Program-made: the position numbers and the translations under genes
Part shown: positions 10,836 through 19,882 of the stretch, piece by piece
How positions within the stretch are numbered: position 1 is the stretch's first letter
Layout: each line of letters starts with the position of its first letter
Notes under the pieces: model-generated
The model's input: the letters and a program-made list of their open reading frames with translations, nothing else
Told to the model about the DNA's origin: nothing
The model's database searches: none
Assembly (NCBI GenBank): GCA_944332455.1
Contig: CALVJY010000003.1
Coordinates: 49,988 to 113,987 of the forward strand
Length of the DNA: 64,000 nucleotides
From: an uncultured Clostridia bacterium
GTDB taxonomy: Bacteria; Bacillota; Clostridia; Christensenellales; HGM11417
Reading direction: 5' to 3'

Positions 10836-11960
10836 ATGAAAAAAATCTGCGTCTATGCCATCTGCAAGAACGAGGAAACCTTTGCGGAATCCTGGGTGGA
10901 ATCCATGTCCGAAGCCGACGTCATCGTGGTGCTGGACACCGGCTCCACCGACCGGACCGTGGAGCTGCTGAAAAAGCATCCCAAGGTGCAGGTCTGTCAG
11001 CAGATCATCCGCCCCTGGCGGTTTGACGTCGCCCGGAACGCCTGCCTGGATCTCACGCCGGAGGACGCCGACATTCTGGTCTGCACCGATCTGGACGAGC
11101 GCTTTGAAAGGGGCTGGCGGGCCGACCTGGAGGCCCATTGGACCGACCGGACCACCCGGGCCAGCTACCGCTACACCTGGAATTTTCTGCCGGACGGCCG
11201 GGAGGGCGTGGTGTTCTGGATCGACAAGATCCACAGCCGGAAGGATCACCGCTGGGTCCATCCCGTGCACGAAGTCCTTCACTGGACCGGATCGGGCGAG
11301 GAAGTGTACTGCTATCCGCCGAATATCCGCCTTTATCACCATGCCGATCCCGCCAAATCACGGGCGCAATACCTGCCGCTGCTCGAACTTTCGGCCCGCG
11401 AGGATCCCCTGGATGACCGCAACATGCACTATCTCGGCCGGGAGTATCTGTTCCGAGGCGAATGGGAAAAGTGCATCGAAACCCTGCAAAAGCACCTGCT
11501 GCTCCCCACTGCCCGCTGGGCGGATGAGCGGGCGGCCTCCATGCGCTACATCGCCAAAAGCCTGACCCAGCTCGGAGACAACGCCTCGGCCAGATCCTGG
11601 CTGCTGCGGGCGGTGGCCGAGGCCCCTCATCTGCGCGAGCCCTACCTCGACCTGGCGCTGCTGCTGGCCCGGCAGAAGGAATGGGAGGGCTGCCTTTGGC
11701 TGTGCAAGGGCGCGCTGAAGATCGAGACCCGTTCCCAGTCCTACATCAACGAGGCCGAGTCCTGGGGCTCCCTCCCCTTTGATCTGGCGGCCTTCGCCTG
11801 CTACCATCTGGACAGACCGGAAGAGGCAGTCGCCTTTGCCTCCCGCGCCCTGGAGCAGGAACCGGACAACGAGCGGCTGAAGCGGGATCTGGACTGTTAC
11901 CGAGCCGCGCTGACCGCGCAGCAGACAAAAGAGCGCACCCCGGATCAGGGCGCGCTCTGA
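10836..11960 (+). CDS. Family-2 glycosyltransferase with C-terminal TPR domain
   Basis: N-terminal ICVYAICKNEE...VVLDTGSTDRT...CTDLDERF matches the GT-A fold with a DxD motif. The C-terminal half is TPR-like (YLGREYLFRGEWEKCIETLQKHL...). The start could be TTG 10830 or ATG 10836. Confidence 0.75.
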   Translation: MKKICVYAICKNEETFAESWVESMSEADVIVVLDTGSTDRTVELLKKHPKVQVCQQIIRPWRFDVARNACLDLTPEDADILVCTDLDERFERGWRADLEAHWTDRTTRASYRYTWNFLPDGREGVVFWIDKIHSRKDHRWVHPVHEVLHWTGSGEEVYCYPPNIRLYHHADPAKSRAQYLPLLELSAREDPLDDRNMHYLGREYLFRGEWEKCIETLQKHLLLPTARWADERAASMRYIAKSLTQLGDNASARSWLLRAVAEAPHLREPYLDLALLLARQKEWEGCLWLCKGALKIETRSQSYINEAESWGSLPFDLAAFACYHLDRPEEAVAFASRALEQEPDNERLKRDLDCYRAALTAQQTKERTPDQGAL

Positions 11961-11982
11961 GTATCGTCTTTACTCTTTCATC

Positions 11983-12028
11983 CCGCATAGTACTTCAAAA
12001 ATCTGAGGATTTGCATAGTACTATGCGG
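11983..12028 (+). repeat. Palindromic dispersed repeat, copy b (also a likely terminator of the collagen/GT unit)
   Basis: CCGCATAGTACT-22 nt-AGTACTATGCGG followed by AAATTTTTTGC. It lies 23 nt after the GT stop. Confidence 0.85.
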
Positions 12029-12261
12029 AAATTTTTTGCTGTTTTTTAAAAATTCCGGACTTTGGAAAACTCCCTTTCAGGTTTTCGGCCGTCGGCCCGC
12101 CGTATTTTTTCATCCCTGATCAAGCCCCCATCGCTTCAGGATTTCATGCGAGCCGCCGAAGTCCTGCCACAGGCAATCGTTACCTCTGCCCTCCCCTTTC
12201 GACCCCGTCATTGGGCCGAATGAAGTCCGGCATTCTCAGGCGCGGGAGCTGATTTCCGTTC

Positions 12262-13278
12262 TTATTTGTTCCGGTAGAAGTCCGCCACCGCGCCGAAGTA
12301 GGCGTCGATGTTCTCCCACTTGGAGAGCGGCGGGATGTCGCAGCCCGAGGAGATGACAAAGTTCGGCCACTTGGCGCAGCGCTCCAGCAGATCCAGCGTA
12401 GCTTTGCGGATGGACTCCGGCGTGCCGTTGCGGAACTGTCCGGCGGGGTCAATGTTGCCCATGATGACCGTCCCCTCGGGGGCCTTTTTCAGCATGTCCT
12501 CGATGTCGATGGCGTTGCCGAAGTGATAGGCGCCCGCGCCCAATCCGAACAGGGAATCCGCCATGTAGACCACTTTGTCTCCGCAGTTGTGGTAGATGAC
12601 CAGGAAATTTTCGTCCTGCACGGCGTCGATGATCTGCTTGACGTAGGGGGCGGAAAACTCCCGCTCCAGGTCGGGCGAGAGCAGGCCGGCCAGCGGTTCG
12701 GCGATGACCACGCCGTTGGCTCCCCTCTCCTTGTAGGCCCTGACATAGTCGGTCAGAAAGGCCGCGGCCTTGCCGAGCACTTCGTGCATCATGTCCGGCT
12801 CGTCGTAGCAGTAGATCATGGCCTCGGTCACGTCGACCAGGCGCCCGGTCAGCGAAAAGGGACCGATGACGCCGGCAAACACCGGACGGTCGGTGATCAG
12901 CCTGACGGCTTTTTGGATGGCGTCGAGATAGATCCCGGTCCGGCCGGCCCCCACCTCGGGCACCTTCAGCGCCTTGGCTTCCTCCTCCGAGGAGACCACA
13001 TGGCCGATCACGGTGGGCACTTCGTCTTCGGAGACCAGGATTTTGGAACCGAAGCACTCGGCCTCCACCGACAGATCCATCAGGCTGACCGAAGCCAGCG
13101 AATCCACCCGGTCGGCAATTTTTTTCATGCCTTCCGCCTGGTTGTCGCTGTCTGAGATCAGATCCTTGACCGTGATGCCCATCAGCTGCACGCTGGGGAA
13201 GGAGAGAATGGGCATGGTCTTTTTGACCGGAGACGCTTTGAGTTCGTTCAGCCACTGGGTCATGTTGCGTTTGGACAT
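12262..13278 (-). CDS. Uroporphyrinogen decarboxylase (URO-D) family protein, MtaA/CmuA-like methyltransferase
   Basis: Start trimmed to ATG 13278 (RBS GAGGT). The overall pattern (PILSFPSVQLMG...GVIGPFSLTG...VIAEPLAG...YHNCG...ISSGCDIP) fits the URO-D/MtaA fold. Confidence 0.7.
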   Translation of the reverse strand: MSKRNMTQWLNELKASPVKKTMPILSFPSVQLMGITVKDLISDSDNQAEGMKKIADRVDSLASVSLMDLSVEAECFGSKILVSEDEVPTVIGHVVSSEEEAKALKVPEVGAGRTGIYLDAIQKAVRLITDRPVFAGVIGPFSLTGRLVDVTEAMIYCYDEPDMMHEVLGKAAAFLTDYVRAYKERGANGVVIAEPLAGLLSPDLEREFSAPYVKQIIDAVQDENFLVIYHNCGDKVVYMADSLFGLGAGAYHFGNAIDIEDMLKKAPEGTVIMGNIDPAGQFRNGTPESIRKATLDLLERCAKWPNFVISSGCDIPPLSKWENIDAYFGAVADFYRNK

Positions 13279-13281
13279 AAA

Positions 13282-13315
13282 AATAACCTCGACATTTGTG
13301 TTTGTCGAGGTTATT
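13282..13315 (-). terminator. 13-bp perfect hairpin between the HD gene and the URO-D gene, enclosing the URO-D Shine-Dalgarno
   Basis: AATAACCTCGACA-tttgtgtt-TGTCGAGGTTATT. On the mRNA strand the 3' arm carries GAGGU and is followed by UUUUUAUG. Confidence 0.55.
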
Positions 13316-13419
13316 ATACACATTTTAAGGGGGTTTTACAAATGATTGGCTTTGCTTTCGGGAAAGCCGCCAAAACCTTCCCCCTCGCGCGCAACTTTTT
13401 CCCTCTTTTCCCTTCTCGC

Positions 13420-14112
13420 TCACAGCAGGACCACGTTGTTGATCTTCAGCGAAAAGGTGCAGCCCAAAAGGTCCGCCGCCTTCCGGCAGAAGCTCATCCG
13501 GGAAAAATAGATCTCGAAATAGTCCATGACCGAGCAGATGGACAGATCTACGGTGATGTCCAGGGTGATCCGGCGCTTTTCGGGATCGACGTCCAGATGA
13601 GAGCTTTCGGCGGCAAAGTTGACCCGGTCGTGGATGTCCTTGATCTCGGCGTCCACGGTCTTGATCATCCGGATCTTGCTCTTGCGCACCCGGGACTTGT
13701 GTACGTCGGCCTTGTCGGCCAGAATGAGGGCCGCCGTGATCCGGGAAACGGCGTCCCCCAGCTGCTCATCGTGGTTGCCGATGGCCAGCATGATCTCGGC
13801 GGCGTCCTCGAAGCACATCCCTCTCTTTACCAGCAGCTGATAGGCCAGCAACGCCCCGGACTGCGCGTGGTCGTGCCGGTTGACCGCGTTGCCGATGTCG
13901 TGGAGGTAGCCCGCAATGCCGGCCAGATAGACCTCGTGTTCGCTGCCTCCCAGCTTGGCCAGCACCTCCCCCGCCCACTTGGACACGATGGAGGCGTGCC
14001 GGTTGGAGTGTTCGGTGTAGCCCAGAGCCTCCAGCTCCACCTCGGTCACCCGAAGCAGGGCCTGGATCTCGGGATCGTTTTTGAGTTCCTTTACGGTGAT
14101 GATCGGATCCAT
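13420..14112 (-). CDS. HD-domain phosphohydrolase
   Basis: 230-aa ORF with H...HDIG (GYLHDIGN) and downstream metal-binding His/Asp residues. Confidence 0.75.
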   Translation of the reverse strand: MDPIITVKELKNDPEIQALLRVTEVELEALGYTEHSNRHASIVSKWAGEVLAKLGGSEHEVYLAGIAGYLHDIGNAVNRHDHAQSGALLAYQLLVKRGMCFEDAAEIMLAIGNHDEQLGDAVSRITAALILADKADVHKSRVRKSKIRMIKTVDAEIKDIHDRVNFAAESSHLDVDPEKRRITLDITVDLSICSVMDYFEIYFSRMSFCRKAADLLGCTFSLKINNVVLL

Positions 14113-14155
14113 CTTTCTCTCCCGCCCGCCAAAAAGCGGGCTTTCTCTGTCTTTT

Positions 14156-15367
14156 TTAACTCCCCTTCAGGAAGAGATCCATCAGGGTGCAGCCGGGCTC
14201 GATCAGAATTCCGGACTTCTCCCCCTCCCGCTCGCTGTAGCCCGAGACGGGGTTTTTTCTCGGGGCCGTACTTCTCCAGATCAGGAAGGGAACGGGCTCG
14301 GCGGTATGCGTCTTCCGCGCCAAGGGGGTGGCATGGTCGGGTAGCGCCATGACCGAGACCGGCCCGATTTTTTGCAGGGCCTCAGTCACCGGGCCGACCA
14401 CCAGCTCGTCGATCAGCTCGATGGCCCGGATCTTGCCGGCTGCATCGCCGTGATGGCCGCACTCGTCCGGCGCTTCCATGTGGATGTAGACGAAATCGTG
14501 ATCCCGGAGGGCCCGGACGGCGGCCTCTCCCTTGCCCCGGAAGTTGGTGTCCAGATTCCCGGTCGCCCCCTCGACCTCGATCACCTCCATGCCGGCCAGC
14601 AGGCCGATGCCCTTGACGAGGTCCACGGCCGAGATCACCGCCCCCGAAAGGCCGGTCTTTTCCCGGAAAGAGGTCAGCTTCGGCTTGGTCCCCTCCCCCC
14701 AGAACCAGCAGCAGTTGGCCGGCCGCTGTCCCCGCGCCCTCCGGGCCGCGTTGACGGGGTGATCCTTCAGCAGGTCGAAGGAGCGGCGCATCAGATCTTC
14801 CAGCACGCCGGCGTTTTCCCCTTTGGGGAGAAAGCCCCCGATGGGGCGGTCCGAAATGTCATGGGGCGGGGTGAGCTCGGTCCGGCCGGGGACCGCTCCC
14901 CGCCAACGGAGGCAGTGCCGGTAGGACACCCCGGGAAAGAGGGCCCTTTTTTCGTCGTCGAAGGCCTCGGACAGGGTTCGGATCAGGGCTTCGGCCTCGG
15001 GCGTAGAGATCTCGCCCCCGCTGTAGTCCAGCATGATCTTGTCCTCGAAGGGCAGGTCCTCGGAGAGGGTGACCAGGTTACAGCGATAGGTCACGTCCCC
15101 CTCCTGAAGTTCCACCCCCATGCTGACGGCCTCCAGCGGGGAGCGCCCGGTGTAGCAGGTCAGCGGATCGTAACCCAGGACCGAAAGGTTGGCGTTGTCG
15201 CTGCCCGGCTTCATGCCGGGCGGGACCGTCCGCACCATCCCGGTCAGCCCGGAACGGACCAGCTCGTCCAGGTGCGGCTTGCGGGCGACCTCCAGCGGCG
15301 TTCTGCCGCCCAACTGCTCGAGGGGCTGATCGGCCATGCCGTCCCCCAAAAAAACCACGTATTTCAT
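14156..15367 (-). CDS. Cofactor-independent phosphoglycerate mutase family protein (ApgM-type)
   Basis: 403-aa ORF beginning MKYVVFLGDGMADQPLEQLGGRTPLE...PGSDNANLSVLGYDP, the metalloenzyme-superfamily pattern of the archaeal-type iPGM / proposed homoserine kinase family. Confidence 0.8.
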   Translation of the reverse strand: MKYVVFLGDGMADQPLEQLGGRTPLEVARKPHLDELVRSGLTGMVRTVPPGMKPGSDNANLSVLGYDPLTCYTGRSPLEAVSMGVELQEGDVTYRCNLVTLSEDLPFEDKIMLDYSGGEISTPEAEALIRTLSEAFDDEKRALFPGVSYRHCLRWRGAVPGRTELTPPHDISDRPIGGFLPKGENAGVLEDLMRRSFDLLKDHPVNAARRARGQRPANCCWFWGEGTKPKLTSFREKTGLSGAVISAVDLVKGIGLLAGMEVIEVEGATGNLDTNFRGKGEAAVRALRDHDFVYIHMEAPDECGHHGDAAGKIRAIELIDELVVGPVTEALQKIGPVSVMALPDHATPLARKTHTAEPVPFLIWRSTAPRKNPVSGYSEREGEKSGILIEPGCTLMDLFLKGS

Positions 15368-15503
15368 AAAACCTCTGCTTCCCGGCTCTCCGCGCGCTGC
15401 GGGCCGTTCGGCTGCTTGTATTGTACGGTTTTGCCATACTCTCCCTTTTTCAGCCCTGGCACGAGTCGGAGAGCCCTGTTTTCGGGGAGATACCTATATC
15501 TTT

Positions 15504-15533
15504 ATTATACCACAAAAATCCCCGGTCAATCAA
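15504..15533 (-). promoter_or_regulatory. Sigma-A type promoter upstream of the ApgM-family gene
   Basis: On the minus strand: TTGATT-18-TGgTATAAT (extended -10). It leaves a leader of about 130 nt. Confidence 0.5.
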
Positions 15534-15794
15534 ACCGTTGGCCCTCCGGCCAGAGGAAAGTCGTTTCAAAATCCGAATACGGTTTATAAATAAAAGGAAT
15601 GACCGGATACCCAAGGTGCCTGCCGGGCAGGTTCGTCCTTTTCAGACAAGGTGCGATACCCGGAAAATTTCGCATGGCGCGCCGGACATGAGAAAAGCGG
15701 CCCGAACTTCGGCCGTCCCGGAGGGCCGGTCGCTTTTGACAGGCATCATGCGGAGATCAATCACACCGTCCCGTCGGGGACGAGGAGGGAAATC

Positions 15795-16358
15795 ATGAAC
15801 TTTAACGGACAAAACAGGGAGATCGTCATTTCGCCGGATAAGCTGGACAAGATCATCCGCCCTGATATGCGGGAGTACGCCTCCTCCCAGAAGATCCTTG
15901 CCATCGTGTGCGGGGTGGGGATCTTTGTCTTCTTTTTCGGCTTCGGCATCGCCGGATTTTCCATGGTCGGGTCGTACTTCAATCCCGGGATCCTCTTTTT
16001 GATGATGGCGGGATTCATCGGCTGCGGCATCCTTTCGGGGGTGTTCGGCGCCCGTTCCGCCCACGCCAACGCCGTGGTGCACCTCATGGACAAGGTGGAA
16101 CAGAGCGACAAAATTCCCATCCGCACCCTCTGCCCCCAGAACTGCTCGGAGAGCGACACCGTCTACCTGATCAAAAAGCTGATCGACACCGGCAACCTCC
16201 CCCATCATGTGCTGTGGGAGGACAAACTGGTGGCCAGGCGGGGACTGGAAGTCTCCCCCGAGGAGCTGGGACATCCCGCCCCCAAGCTGGGGAAATGCCC
16301 CAACTGCGGCGCCAACATGACCGAACGGGGCTGCGAATACTGCGGCTACCGGGCGTAA
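15795..16358 (+). CDS. Membrane protein with C-terminal zinc ribbon (function unknown)
   Basis: Start trimmed to ATG 15795 (RBS GAGGAGGG). Two predicted TM helices (ILAIVCGVGIFVFFFGFGIAGF, GILFLMMAGFIGCGILSGVF). The C-terminus is KCPNCGANMTERGCEYCGY. Confidence 0.5.
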   Translation: MNFNGQNREIVISPDKLDKIIRPDMREYASSQKILAIVCGVGIFVFFFGFGIAGFSMVGSYFNPGILFLMMAGFIGCGILSGVFGARSAHANAVVHLMDKVEQSDKIPIRTLCPQNCSESDTVYLIKKLIDTGNLPHHVLWEDKLVARRGLEVSPEELGHPAPKLGKCPNCGANMTERGCEYCGYRA

Positions 16359-16478
16359 CGAAATCCGAAGCCGCCCTGCCGATCTCCCTTGCCCGCTCTG
16401 TCAGGCCCCTCGGCATTCAGATCCTCTCTGCCCTGCCGGGACCTGCGGTCCGGACAAATAAATGAAACGGAACTACGT

Positions 16479-16511
16479 AAAAAGGCGAGCTCACAGCGAG
16501 TTCGCCTTTTT
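16479..16511. terminator. Bidirectional intrinsic terminator between convergent genes
   Basis: AAAAA-GGCGAGCTC-acagc-GAGTTCGCC-TTTTT. Confidence 0.7.
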
Positions 16512-16667
16512 GCTGCTGTTGATCGGCGGGATCCTGCCCTTTTTCGGTCCGAAAACCGCTCTCATCGCGCCTGACGGCCGTCCATGGCCGTCGTTTTGAC
16601 TGCGCCCCGGTCATCCCGCGCAGGGCAGGATCGCCGGGCCGGGAAGGAAACCGGACAGGAATTTGTC

Positions 16668-19052
16668 TTAATAGCGGAACTCGAAGGTGACGGCCTTGCC
16701 GGCGGGCAGGGGCACCCCGGCGATGACGCCGTTTTCCAGCTTGAGGTTGGGGCCCTTTTTGACCTGGCGGATCCCCTGGGGCGGACAGATGTCCATGGTC
16801 ACCTGACGGCGGGCCTTGAAGGTGGCGGTCAGGGACTGCCGCTTGCGGTCCTGGGAGAGCCGGACCTCCACCCCGCCTTCCACCAGGATGCCCTCGACCT
16901 CGAAGCCGGCCAGCCCCTCGATCTGTACGGGCAGCAGCTTGATGGTCTTGCCGTCCGACACCGCGAAGGAGGAAGTGACCGCCTCGGTGTAGGAGATGTT
17001 GCCCTGGATCTGGTAGGGCGCCCAATAGCTGTCGTCGGTCAGGCCGGAGCGACGCCAGTCGTTTTCGGCGGTGACCAGATTGTCCATGACCGAGCTCTTG
17101 ACCAGGTGGTTGAGGCAGTTGCGGTAGTCGTCCGTGTCCTCCAGCCGGGCGAAGACCGAAGCCAGGTAGCCGTAGGACCAGCTTTTCATGGAGGTCAGCG
17201 GGCCGGCCACCCGGTTTTTGGCCGTGCGCAGGAAGGCGGCGTTCTGCTCCCCTTCCCCGCCGAAGATCTCATGCCCCGGGAAGACCGGGTAAAGGTGGGA
17301 GGCGTAGGCGTGGCAGTTGTTGTCCTCGAACTGCTTGCCTGCGTATTCCTTGATCGAGCCGTCCGCCCCCACGGGATAGGCCGGGATCTTGGTCAGCATA
17401 TCCTTCCACTTTTCGATCTCGTCCTTGTAGACTTTGCACTCCTGGGCCCCCTCGATGAGGTTGGTCACCAGCTCCCGGGCCACCGCAAAGTCGATGGTCG
17501 AATTCATGGCGATGCCCAAAGGCTTGTTGTCCGGGGTCCGGAAGTTGGCGGGGGTGTTTTCGGGCGAATAGCTGGGGCAGGACATGTACAGGCCGTCCAT
17601 GCCCAGCTTGAAGAAGTCCTCGTAGAACAGGCAGGCCTCCTTCATGAAGGGCAGGGCCCGGTCCTTGAGGAACTTTTTGTCCCCGGTGTATGTATAGTAG
17701 CGGTAGAACAGGTTGGCGATCCAGCCCGCGCCCGCCGTAAAGTGGACGACGTCGGGCTCCACGCTGCCCAGAAGACCGGTGCCGGCCGAGATCAGCGAGG
17801 GGATCATGATGCCCCGGCAGCCGTACAGCCGGGAAGCGTTTTTCTTGAGGTCGGACAGGCAGTTTTCGTAGGACTCGAACAGCCCGTTCAGATAGCCCAG
17901 CAGATTGCCGCCGAAGCAGATGGAGTAGAGCATCTGCAAAATGCCGTTGGCCTTGGCCTGGGCCTGGGGGGCCTTGTAGTCCCCGCACCACAGCCCGTAG
18001 GGCGAGCACAGATGCCCGTCCTCCCGGGAGGAGCACAAAAAGAGATAGCGGCCGAAGTACCACATCTTTTCCACCAGGGCCAGGGGCACCTCCTCGGTGC
18101 GGGCGCGGTAGAGCAGGCTCTCCACCGAGGCGTCGCGGTCCTCGGCGTTCAGGTCCAGCTCCGCCGAATCCATCAGCTTGCTGTGGATATTGGTGTGTTC
18201 CTTCAGCAGTTTGTCATAGGTCGCCTTGTTGGCGCCGAGCAGGGTCTTTAAGGCCTTCCACTCCTTTTCCCGGGTGGACTCGCAGAACAGCTTGACGATG
18301 ACCAGGATGTCGGTGGCCCCCTTGATGCGGATGGAGTCGGCCGAGACCTCCTGGCTGCCGCCGTAGTAGGAGATCCGGGCTACGGCGCCGAATTCGGTCC
18401 CGTCGTCGGAGCGGGCCGAAAAATACATGAAAAAGTTTTCGTACTTGGTCATGACGCCGTCGGGCAGCTTGGAGGGCGCCCCGGCCGGCGTGCGGGCGTT
18501 GTTGCGGTCGTGCATCTCGAAGGAGAACTCGGCGTCGATGGTCTTCTGCCCCGAGCGGGAGATCTCGTACACGATGTAGTCGTTGGCCCGGGAGACGAAC
18601 AGCGAGCGGTCGAACTTGGCCGCGCCGTCCCGGTAGTTGACCGAGATCTCGCCGTTTTCCATGTTCAGCACCCGGGCGTACTCCTTGACCGCCTTCTCCA
18701 CCGGCATGCGCACCTTCAGGTCGCACACCGGCAGGGGCACGGCCATCTGGGGGCGGTAGTTCTTGGAGATCAGCGCGTTGGGCAGGATCTCCTCCGCCTT
18801 GCGCGGGTCCCCCTCCAGCATGGCCCGGCGGACATCCTTCAGCCGCTCGGCCACGTCGGGCAGCACCCCGATGTAGCCCTGCCAGCTGAGGTTGCCGTGG
18901 GAGAGCATGATGGTCTCGTCCTCCACGTTGCCGTAGACCGCCGCGCCGATCAGGCCGTTTCCGGCGGGCAGCGCCTCCCGCCACAGTGCGCCCCACCATC
19001 CGGCGGGCTTTTCGAACTTTAATGCCGTCTTTGGTTTTCTGATCCCTACCAT
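16668..19052 (-). CDS. Glycoside hydrolase, GH95-like (alpha-L-fucosidase-like)
   Basis: 794 aa. The N-terminal block WW..LWREALPAGNGLIGAAVYGNVEDETIML, and the later YFGRYLFLCSSR...LWCGDY, resemble the GH95 N-terminal and catalytic regions. The protein is divergent. Confidence 0.6.
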   Translation of the reverse strand: MVGIRKPKTALKFEKPAGWWGALWREALPAGNGLIGAAVYGNVEDETIMLSHGNLSWQGYIGVLPDVAERLKDVRRAMLEGDPRKAEEILPNALISKNYRPQMAVPLPVCDLKVRMPVEKAVKEYARVLNMENGEISVNYRDGAAKFDRSLFVSRANDYIVYEISRSGQKTIDAEFSFEMHDRNNARTPAGAPSKLPDGVMTKYENFFMYFSARSDDGTEFGAVARISYYGGSQEVSADSIRIKGATDILVIVKLFCESTREKEWKALKTLLGANKATYDKLLKEHTNIHSKLMDSAELDLNAEDRDASVESLLYRARTEEVPLALVEKMWYFGRYLFLCSSREDGHLCSPYGLWCGDYKAPQAQAKANGILQMLYSICFGGNLLGYLNGLFESYENCLSDLKKNASRLYGCRGIMIPSLISAGTGLLGSVEPDVVHFTAGAGWIANLFYRYYTYTGDKKFLKDRALPFMKEACLFYEDFFKLGMDGLYMSCPSYSPENTPANFRTPDNKPLGIAMNSTIDFAVARELVTNLIEGAQECKVYKDEIEKWKDMLTKIPAYPVGADGSIKEYAGKQFEDNNCHAYASHLYPVFPGHEIFGGEGEQNAAFLRTAKNRVAGPLTSMKSWSYGYLASVFARLEDTDDYRNCLNHLVKSSVMDNLVTAENDWRRSGLTDDSYWAPYQIQGNISYTEAVTSSFAVSDGKTIKLLPVQIEGLAGFEVEGILVEGGVEVRLSQDRKRQSLTATFKARRQVTMDICPPQGIRQVKKGPNLKLENGVIAGVPLPAGKAVTFEFRY

Positions 19053-19200
19053 AACTCAAATCCTCTCTTCCAAAATTTTTTTCTGTCGTACCCCAAGTTG
19101 TCTTTTGTGGATAGTATAGCATAAATTTTCGCTTCTGTAAACCCTTTTGAGCAAATTCTTTCAAGGAATTTTTTTCGCTTTTAAATCGTCTTACAGGCGT

Positions 19201-19235
19201 AAAAAAAATTTCGGAAATTTTTCCGAAATTTTTTT
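19201..19235. terminator. AT-rich bidirectional hairpin terminator after ylmC
   Basis: AAAAAAAATTTCGG-aaattttt-CCGAAATTTTTTT. Confidence 0.6.
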
Positions 19236-19339
19236 CCTCGTCTTTTAAGCCACATTCAAAGCCTTAAATTTGATTTGAAATTTTTGATTCCGATTTGTCA
19301 AAAAATTGACGGGCAGACAACCTGCCAAAAGGCCGCCTT

Positions 19340-19708
19340 TTAAGACATGCCGTTTCCGTAGGGAGCCCCGCCGTACTCGTTTCGCTCCTCCCGGGGGCCT
19401 TCCCTTGTCTCCACCTCGTAGCGGCCGGGCAGGGCGGGCCGTCCGGCGCTTTTCCCCCGGTTTCCGCAGGCGGCGTAGACCTCCACCAGGATGACGTCCT
19501 GCCCGATCCGGAGAATGTTTTCCCAGGGAATGTAGATGTCGTCCCCGCCGCGGTTGAACACCCGGAAGGAAGAATCCCCCGGCACCACCAGGCCGCATAC
19601 CTTGCCGCTTCGGGTCTCGAACACCAGATCGTTCACCCGCCCGAATCGTTTGCCGTCCGCCACATTGATGACTTCTTTTTTCCTCAGATCCCCGAAACTG
19701 GTCTCCAT
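19340..19708 (-). CDS. ylmC: YlmC/YmxH family sporulation protein (PRC barrel) with C-terminal extension
   Basis: LRKKEVINVADGKRFGRVNDLVFETRSGKVCGLVVPG...IPWENILRIGQDVILVEV matches the YlmC/YmxH family. It lies downstream of sigG, as in Bacillus. Confidence 0.75.
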   Translation of the reverse strand: METSFGDLRKKEVINVADGKRFGRVNDLVFETRSGKVCGLVVPGDSSFRVFNRGGDDIYIPWENILRIGQDVILVEVYAACGNRGKSAGRPALPGRYEVETREGPREERNEYGGAPYGNGMS

Positions 19709-19882
19709 GCCGCCCCTCCCGAATTTTGTCGTTTCCCTACCAGTATATGCGGGAGCTTCCGGAAAATGACCCGAAATTTTTTCCTCTTCCGGGGAGCATG
19801 CGGGCGGGCAAAGCGGGCAGTCTCCCTTTTGCGGACAGGCAAAACGGCCGCCCGCAAAGGGGCGGCCGCCGGAAAATCGGGG

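Noticed and set aside
15368-15503. A riboswitch or T-box in the 130-nt leader of the ApgM-family gene.
   Set aside because: It contains complementary CTCTCC/GGAGAG segments, but none of the conserved cores I know (SAM, lysine, T-box, glycine, purine).
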